The position numbers and the translations under genes are program-made. Of a stretch of 64,000 bases of DNA, positions 56,119-64,000 are shown piece after piece. This stretch comes from Octopus sinensis. Lineage: Eukaryota. Each line of letters begins with the position of its first letter. The stretch's first letter is position 1. The notes under the pieces were generated by a model that did not search any database, was not told where the DNA came from, and worked only from the letters and a program-made list of their open reading frames with translations. Location of the stretch: contig NC_043003.1 of NCBI RefSeq assembly GCF_006345805.1, positions 41,540,001-41,604,000 of the forward strand, written 5' to 3'.

Positions 56119-56196
56119 GCGGTACATATGTTTCGGGCCTTTATTAGACGGATTTATAACAATGCATAATGTGCGTCTGTGGCCTTCTTCAGCCGC
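56119..56196 (-). ncRNA. Type I hammerhead ribozyme, canonical core
   Basis: GCGG-CUGAAGA-A-GGCC-(41 nt)-GGCC-C-GAA-ACAUAUGU-A|CCGC; GUA cleavage triplet, 4-bp GC stem I. Confidence 0.75.
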
Positions 56197-56702
56197 GCAC
56201 AACTACTTCTTCAAGGACATGTATTACATCAAAAATTCTTGGTTGGGGATGCAAATCCTCTCATTCGCGTACGACGTAATGCGGCAATAGCATAAAAATG
56301 AAGCGTCCATCTCGTTCTTCTCTCAATGTAGAATGAGGAAGTTTGGATGTTGAAGTAATATAAATAAGTTAATAAATAAATATATACATATGCACAAACA
56401 TACGACCCGACATGATGTCACCCCATAATCACTTAACTCTTAAATCTTCCACAGGTGAAATGTCATTTTTAACAGCTCGACGATGGTCTGCCACCTGTTT
56501 CAAAACCCTGCAAAACAACCATTAGATAAAGGATGGATCTGTTGTTCTTAGATTCCCAACGAAATCCTCCCGGCTAACTCGGTCAATATCTATAAGTGCG
56601 TCACCATTAAATGATGATGCTTCCAAATTTATGTTACTAAATCACTAACATCTGTGGTGTTATTTTTTTTCTTTAAGGGATGCAGTATTTAAAAAATTCT
56701 TT

Positions 56703-56893
56703 GGCGTAAAAGTGGCTGTGTGGTAAGTAGCTCGCTTACGAACCACAACGTTACGGGTTCAGTCTCACTGCGTTGCACCTTGGGTAAGTGTCTTCTACTA
56801 TAGCCTCGGGCCGACCAAAGACTTGTAAGTAGATTTGGTAGACGGAAACTGAAAGAAACCCGTCGTATATATGCATATATATATATATATATA

Positions 56894-56967
<74 letters not shown>

Positions 56968-57227
56968 GTGTATGTGTGTGTGTGTGTATACATGTATGTA
57001 TGTATATGTCTGTATACGTTTGTATGTCTGTGTTTGTCCCCCAACATCGCTTGACAACCGATGCTGGTGTGTTTACGTCCCCGTAACTTAGCTGTTCGTC
57101 AAAAGAGATCGATAGAATAAGTATGACACTTACAAAGAATAAGTCATGGGGTCGATTTGCTCGACTAGAGGCGGTGCTCCAGCATGGCCACGGTCAAATG
57201 ACTGAAACAAATAAAAGAATAAAAGAG
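56703..57227 (+). mobile_element. SINE family C, full length
   Basis: tRNA-like head GTGGCTGTGTGGTAAG...GGGTTCAGTCTC, CORE-like ACCTTGGGTAAGTGTC, internal (TA)n(TG)n, 3' domain, aaaagaat tail. Confidence 0.9.
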
Positions 57228-57950
57228 TATTTATATACATGCGCTCTTTAATGAAACCCTGATTTCAACTCTATACACTATGTCCATGATGGGATGCATG
57301 TTTTGAGCTGTATTCTTAAAAGCGTCGACAACTCCTACACTAGTTCAGTCAAAACTGAATCGTCTTGGATTACTTGCAGCGTTTTAAGGATTCGATGGCA
57401 AAAAAACCTAAAACCTCTATGCAGTTTGAAATGCATATATTTCAGATTATGCTGTATAAAACTAGGCATAATTCTCCAGTAATCCAAGTATAGAGTATGT
57501 CTTAGTATAAACGAGACAAATTTTATCGTTAAATGGCTGAAGAACTTAAAATGCAGTTGAACCTCGCAATTTATGGAACAGTCATAGAAAAGAAGCTTTA
57601 ATATTGATTAATGACCCTGCTGGAATTAAGTTATTTCTTCATGTGTGTGCATTTTAGTATCAGATCCATTCATATCATATTAGCTAAAATATTTGACAAA
57701 CTTATTGCGTTTGTGCTAATGAAAATTGGTGTGTGTCAAAAAAGGTATCTTTCAGGTAGATCCAAATGGAACTATCAATTAGATGGCAGCTTCATTATAC
57801 CAAACATTTAGAAGCCTCTAGGAAACCGTTTGCTGAATTTCTTATGCTCATTTTATGATGTTGAAGTCATCGTGCGTTTAAAGATTTTATTTAAACCATC
57901 TACGCTTTATCAATAATGTCGATTTGTTTCAATGATCTAGCAAACCTGTA

Positions 57951-58049
<99 letters not shown>

Positions 58050-58819
58050 TGTAGAATGGAAAGTTCTGTATACACGTGGGATCGGTATATAAGAAAGAAA
58101 AGAAATGTAAAAGTCACAGAAAGTTTGTATAATAGAGTTTATGGTGATATTAGGATGATATTACATCATTACAATTTAAATAAATACCGGTTTCACGTTC
58201 AAACGATTGTCAACTTATATAGAGAAAATGTTTTTGCTGTCAATAGGACGCCATTTTGAAAAAAAGTGAACAGAGATGAAGCAATATGTCAACGGGAGCA
58301 ACTTGAAGAAAACTGGATGGTGTTAGGGATTGATAACCAGCGTGGAAGCTCTGGTGGACGTTACAAAGCTCTCAGTGGGTACTAGCAGAAGAGGAGGGGT
58401 ATTAACAGAGATATTCAGCTAGCTCCATAGTGACAGAAGTTTCTGTCTCTGTCAGTCTTGTCCTCTCCTTTTTTATTTGTATGTATGTATCTCCGCCTCT
58501 CTGCGACCACGCTAAATATCCCAGTACTTCTATGTTGTCACTGTCATTCAAACCTAAACTTTACTGCCTAAATCTGTATGTCGCAGTTTATATCTACGTC
58601 TTTCTACTTTCTCGAGTTTTTACAATCAATCTCAGAATGTCGCGCTAGAGCCCGATCCATTCTGTCTAAGCATTCTTTTATCGTAGCAAACTTTCCCGTG
58701 AGACTGTGCTTCAATCCTACTGTTCCACCATTTATTCCATTCTATTGCCTTTTTATTTTTTGTGATTAGTCTATATTCATTACGAAGCTACAATGATACC
58801 TGTAATGAGTGCATGTAAT

Positions 58820-58915
58820 GATTGATTACCAGTGAAACACTGGGATCGATATAATCGATTAGTCCACTCTCCCCAAATTTCAGGCCCTGAGCCTTTAGTA
58901 GAAAGGATTACTTTC
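58820..58915 (+). mobile_element. SINE family A 3' fragment
   Basis: cactgggatcgatataatcga...aaatttcaggcc...agtagaaaggatt. Confidence 0.7.
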
Positions 58916-58927
58916 ATCGTCATTAAA

Positions 58928-59155
58928 GCGGCGAGAATCGTTAGTACGCCAAGCGTAATGCATAGCCGCATTTCGTCCGTCCTCATGTTCTGATTTCAAA
59001 TTCTGCCGAGGTCGACATTGCCTTTCATCCTTCGGGGTTGATAAAATACGTACCATTATGCACTAAGGTCGATGTAATCGACTAGCCTCTTCCCCCAATA
59101 TTTCAGGCCTTCTGCCTATAGCAGAAAGGAGAATTATTATTATTATTATTATTAT
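58928..59155 (+). mobile_element. SINE family A with (ATT)n tail
   Basis: Body matches 6686-6922. Confidence 0.85.
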
Positions 59156-59156
59156 T

Positions 59157-59709
59157 GAGTGAGAGAGCAATGCATGCCATCAAAGTGACACGGAGTAAAA
59201 TATACGGAGCCCAGTTTACCCATCATGATTACCCGTCTAATAAGCGTACACTAGGCACATGCATCACAACCATATGTGCGTGACATGGTGATCTCATATC
59301 AAGATAAACAGCATATGACCTTGCAGCTGGAGCTCAGTTAGAATTTTCTTCTGGTCGAGTAACCCATCCTGCTCAAAAGATCCCTGAATAAGGGTTGTTT
59401 AAGGATGTTGAACGAAACACCCATGTTTCCAGAGTTGAATTATTCAAACCCCAAAGAATCCCTCTCAGCACATGGCTATGATGCTCCCTCCACTACTTCT
59501 GCTTGTGTTCAAAGATGCACATATCGTCAGTCGCTAAGGGACATGCTCAACTGGTTATGGTCAAACAACTGACAAGCAAATCTGTGATATTGAGCAGAAT
59601 ATTTGCTGTAGCCCATCTTTTATACCAAGACAAAACAATGTATATGATAACACTTCCAATCAGTTAAGATCAAAAGCCATGAGAGCCACTGCCTGGTACT
59701 GCATCAGAG

Positions 59710-59712
<3 letters not shown>
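59157..59712 (-). mobile_element. ~555-bp TAA-flanked non-coding retroposon (family F)
   Basis: Bounded by (TAA)n on both sides; its 3' ~110 nt recur as a truncated copy at 44486-44592. Confidence 0.65.
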
Positions 59713-59756
<44 letters not shown>

Positions 59757-59879
59757 TATTATTATTATTATTATAAATGCTAATGTTACTAATACAACTA
59801 CTACCAGTAGTAGTAGTAGTAGCAGCAGCAGCAGCAGTACTACTACTACACGCAATAATAATAATAAAGATAATAATAA

Positions 59880-60983
59880 GTAAAGAATATAGATAGGAAA
59901 ATACGCAAGCTGCTGAGTTGTAATAGGACGCACTACCCAAAGGCAGACGTAGATTGCCTTTACCTCCCCAGAGCCCAAGGATGTCGAGGCCTGATCCAAT
60001 TTGAACTAGCTTACAAAACAATTACAATTGGACTGGCCAAATATCTAGAAATAACGAATGACTGGATGCTAAAGCTCGTGAAAAATCACGAGAGACGAAA
60101 GAAGCTTCATTCTATCATAATGCACCAAACTGAACAACCCAAGGGAAGTACGGCAACTATTGTTGCAAAGAAGGTGAAAATAATGGCAACGAAAAAAGCG
60201 CACGAGCAATTGGCTGATAGGTGGGAGGAGAAACCTCTGCACAGCAAATATGTGGCCCGTAGCAAACAAGCTGATGTTGACCAGAAGCAAACCCATCAGT
60301 GGCTACGGAGCTCAGGGCTAAAAGCAGAGAGCGAAGGTTTCATCCTGGCTGCTCAAGATCAAAGCCTATTAACCCGGAACTACCAGGTCAATGTGATGAA
60401 AAATGGAGCAGACCCAAAATGCCGATTCTGCAACGACATGATTGAAACAGTGGACCACCTAATCTCTGGATGTAAAGTCTTAGCACCAGTGGAGTATAAA
60501 TTAAGACATGACAGAGTTGGCCAATATCTACACTGGCTAATAAGTCGGCATTACAATATCAAAACTGCCGACAAGCGGTATAGTCACCACCCTGAAGCTG
60601 TAACTGAAGGAGAAAATGTAGCGATTCTGTGGGACTTTCCAGTACATACAGACCGAACTATCAAAGCCAATAAACCGGATATTGTTGTGAAAGACCAAAA
60701 CAAAGTTTGCTTATTGATCGACATGAGCATCCCTTGTGATCATAATATCTCGACGAAAGAGTTTGACAAGCTCAGAAAATATAAAGACCTGCTCATTGAA
60801 ATTGAGAAAATGTGGCATCTCAAGGCGGTTTCAATACCAGTAATCGTAGGAGCACTAGGAATGATCAAGAAGAGAACCGAAAATTATATGAGAATGATCC
60901 CTGGCTTACCATCCCTGCAAGAAGTGCTAAAGATTGTCTTAACTGGTACATCACACGTATTGAGAAGAGCATTGTCGATGTGA
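59880..60983 (+). CDS. C-terminal part of R4/Dong-type polyprotein (post-RT region, CCHC knuckle, PD-(D/E)xK endonuclease); no start codon
   Basis: Open from VKNIDRKIRKLL..HYPKADVDCLYLPR to the stop; CRFC...ETVDHLISGC; LWDF..TDRTIKANKPDIVV..LLIDMSIP..K..KY; IVGALG. Confidence 0.85.
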   Translation, partial: VKNIDRKIRKLLSCNRTHYPKADVDCLYLPRAQGCRGLIQFELAYKTITIGLAKYLEITNDWMLKLVKNHERRKKLHSIIMHQTEQPKGSTATIVAKKVKIMATKKAHEQLADRWEEKPLHSKYVARSKQADVDQKQTHQWLRSSGLKAESEGFILAAQDQSLLTRNYQVNVMKNGADPKCRFCNDMIETVDHLISGCKVLAPVEYKLRHDRVGQYLHWLISRHYNIKTADKRYSHHPEAVTEGENVAILWDFPVHTDRTIKANKPDIVVKDQNKVCLLIDMSIPCDHNISTKEFDKLRKYKDLLIEIEKMWHLKAVSIPVIVGALGMIKKRTENYMRMIPGLPSLQEVLKIVLTGTSHVLRRALSM

Positions 60984-61155
60984 GAACTATTACTACCCAT
61001 GTATTCTAATTTAACTTAAAAAAAAAATGAACGAACTAGTGAGTTTAGTTTAATGGCCTACCAATGTATACTATGAGTTTCTTTGCCCTAGGAGTCGGGA
61101 AGACACTCGGCAAGAAATGGAAGCAAATTTGAAAGAAGAAGAAAAAAGATAACAA
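59880..61155 (+). mobile_element. 5'-truncated R4/Dong-clade non-LTR retrotransposon (restriction-like endonuclease type)
   Basis: Post-RT ORF, 3' UTR of about 170 nt, TAA repeats at both flanks. Confidence 0.9.
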
Positions 61156-61156
61156 C

Positions 61157-61207
<51 letters not shown>

Positions 61208-61219
61208 CTTTTTTATTAT

Positions 61220-61422
61220 AGGTACAAGACCTGAAATCTTGGGGGTGGGGGACTGTTGATTAGACCGACTCCAGTAGGCATCTGCTAATTAATTTATCGA
61301 CCCCGAAAGGATGAAATGTATAGTCAACCTCGTTGAAATTTGAATTCAAAGTATAAATACAGGTGAAATGCTGCTTAGCTTTTTTTTTTTCCGGCGTGCT
61401 AACGATTCTGTCAGTTTCTGCC
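61220..61422 (-). mobile_element. SINE family A
   Basis: atttatcgaccccgaaaggatgaaa...ccggcgtgctaacgattctg; its (ATT)n tail is the TAA tract after the Dong-like LINE. Confidence 0.8.
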
Positions 61423-62181
61423 TTTAAAAGAAAAGTTGCCCTTTGTAGGACTTGAACTCAGAGTTGAATTGAATGCAGCAAACTATTTGTTCTACCGACA
61501 ACGATTCGTCCATTTCGTGAGCTTACTATAATAATAGTAATAATAATAATGATCTTTTGAAGTATATGCTCAGGGCCTGAAAAGTTGGTTACCCCGGACT
61601 CAATGCTTGAATGGTACTCTATTTTAAATCGACCTCAGCCCCATTTGAGCTCAGATGATAAAACCGAAAGAAATGCTGGTAGTCATTTTGTCTGGCATGT
61701 GTCTTTGACAGTTACGTGAACTCAGTCAAATGTAAGAATATTACGAGGGCAAAATTAAAAATAAAATATAAGTATATTCGATCGTAAATTTATATTACAC
61801 GTATCCGTTCGTACACACAAACACACATGCACAAATACAAACATATATAGAATAAGATAGGCAGACAAACAGAGAGTTTCTACATAAATCTCATAGGCAC
61901 GTTGATTTAGAAAGGTTTAATAAAGTATGAATAGACAAATAGATTCCCGTATGTAGCAATTTCTTGTAGCTTATATTATATGAATTCGGAAAACCCTATC
62001 GTTATTTTTAACTGTGTTTCGCAAGTTATTATTTGTTATTGATAAGATTCTATCTATTAAATGTTGCTCGTGTCGTTGCATTTGTTGGATTTTTCTCCTA
62101 CCTTTTTCGGTTCTCTTTATGATTTCATTTCTTTTTCTTTCCTTTTTTAATATTTTTGCTAATGCCTATTTTTTCCGGTAT

Positions 62182-62226
<45 letters not shown>

Positions 62227-62888
62227 TAAATATGTAATATTATCATATAGATTTGAAGACATTTCGTTTTTTTTGTGTGTTTTTCTTTTCGTATTTCAGC
62301 AGAATCTGTTACTTTGTATAACAGCGTGCACAGCAGTATCTGTTTACACGAAATCTGACAAAAGCCTGTCAGCAAAGCTTGCTCCATCAATGTAAACCAA
62401 TATGCCGACATTCTGTTGCAACCTCTTCATTTTGCAGTAGTCTTCTCTTCCCATATATTCCTTTTATTTCAGCAACTTCCACAGTAAACGCTGATCAGTT
62501 ACATCAGCAAAACATACGTTTGTTTCCGTGTCCTATACAACAAAAATATGAAAGCCTTTTACACCCATACGTTTGGAGCCAAAAGCCTTTTCATCATACT
62601 ATCCAACTGTTATGGAAACATACACATACACATACGTTCAGTGGTAATTGATGATGCGCTTCTCTATATCCGCCTTAACCAACGCATACAAAAGTGAAAG
62701 CTAAGGTAAAATGGCAGTGCATAATCAGCTGATCAGCATGAAAGGATTAAGTGAACGGTAAACTTGTATTGAGTACATATTTTCTCCGAATATGAAACTG
62801 AGTGATTACACGCGGGCGCACACGCACGCACATATTCACACACATGCATACACGCACACAAGCACATATACATACACAATCACACGTA

Positions 62889-62934
<46 letters not shown>

Positions 62935-63187
62935 CGCACACATATGCACGCATGTATATATGCAAATGTAACCAACAACTCCAAATCCTTCTTAGATTAT
63001 CCGCGTAAGTGAAGTCAAAGCTATGCAAGTATATATTCGAGAGGAATTCGAAAATTATCCGCACTTTCGCCAAAACCTAGTTGGCTTGCCCTGCTTCCAG
63101 TGATCGAGTACTAAAAGGTGCTAACCTTGTGGATACTTAACCGAGGCTTATTATCAATCGTTCCTTTGTTTTTGTGTTACAGTAAAC

Positions 63188-63700
63188 ATGGCAGTGTGCC
63201 CCATGAAAGGACAGAGATCGATGACCTTGTTTGTCTGGTCTGAAGGTGTATCAATGACTGAAACTCATCGCCAGCCTCCAATACAATATTGAAACAGCAT
63301 TTAGCGTGTAGAAGAGTAGATGAGTGGATCGAGAAGATTATAAATGACCGGACAAGCATGAAGCACGAAGAAGGGGCAGGATGCCCGTCCACCTCCACCA
63401 CTAACGTGAAGATTCATCTAGCGCGATTAAGAATTCTGGTGAAGCGAGAAGGAGTTATCAATGTGGTGACATGTTCCTTGAAAATTAGTTATAAAATAAA
63501 GAAGAATAAAAGGTACTGCATACAATGTTATTCATAACAAGCTGCCGTTGCATAAATTCTGTGAGAAATGGGTGCCAAGAGAGCTTACGGAAGCTCGTTA
63601 GCCCAATCGTGATCTTCTATAATAATGAAGCTGTAGGCCTTAGTTTGGTGCCCTTTTATAGACATACAGAGAAGAAACCTTGCAGAACAGACGATATTTT
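63188..63700 (+). mobile_element. Decayed mariner transposase 5' part
   Basis: QRSMTLFVWSEGV, RVDEWIEKI..RTSMKHEEGAGCPSTSTT (helix-turn-helix region), KFCEKWVPRELT (WVPHEL motif). Confidence 0.85.
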
Positions 63701-63934
63701 AACGAGATACATCTTGTATTCATCTGAGGAGATAAATCTACACCGGCGGATTAACCGACAGATACAGTAGTATCCCACCCGGGTGAAATCGATGCTAGAT
63801 GAGTCGAAACAGTTGAAGGGTTCAATAAACTTTCTCGTATCTTCCATCTTCTGTCTCTCATTAATCAAATACTCCTCGAACACTAAGAAAGTGAACGTAC
63901 CTTACCGATGTATACCATACAATTTATTATCTAA

Positions 63935-64000
63935 CAACAAGAACAAGAACAACAGCAACAGCAACAATAATAATAATAACAACAACAACAACAACAACAA
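63935..64000. repeat. (CAA)/(TAA) trinucleotide repeat
   Basis: Direct reading. Confidence 0.9.

Noticed and set aside
63790-63820. CTAGATGAGTCGAAACAGT
   Set aside because: Insertion in the core, 1-bp stem II and no stem I.

Overview
This is a 64-kb AT-rich, microsatellite-saturated eukaryotic window. The repeat style resembles a coleoid cephalopod such as Octopus (inference from repeat families only). There is no prokaryotic gene, rRNA, true tRNA or CRISPR array, and almost all ORFs in the supplied track are microsatellite artefacts. Supported content: (i) many tRNA-headed SINE copies of three families, called A, B and C here; (ii) decayed mariner transposons, one full-length with both TIRs; (iii) two RTE-clade LINE fragments; (iv) a 5'-truncated R4/Dong-type LINE with an uninterrupted 367-codon C-terminal ORF, sitting between TAA repeats; (v) Penelope-like (Neptune- and Poseidon-type) RT and GIY-YIG remnants; (vi) a Helitron-like short element. 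The most notable signal is six hammerhead-ribozyme-like motifs from four unrelated short repeat families, plus one decayed motif. All six have a loop-less palindromic stem III. One has a canonical core, one has a G3-C8 compensatory swap, three share A6U, and one has U4C. A second recurrent pattern is that TAA-associated retroelements sit tail-to-tail in the (ATT)n tails of family-A SINEs at three separate loci. Host-gene exons could not be assigned reliably; candidates on both strands at 35.9-40.6 kb are given low confidence. Folds, alignments and translations were done by eye, and repeat boundaries are approximate.
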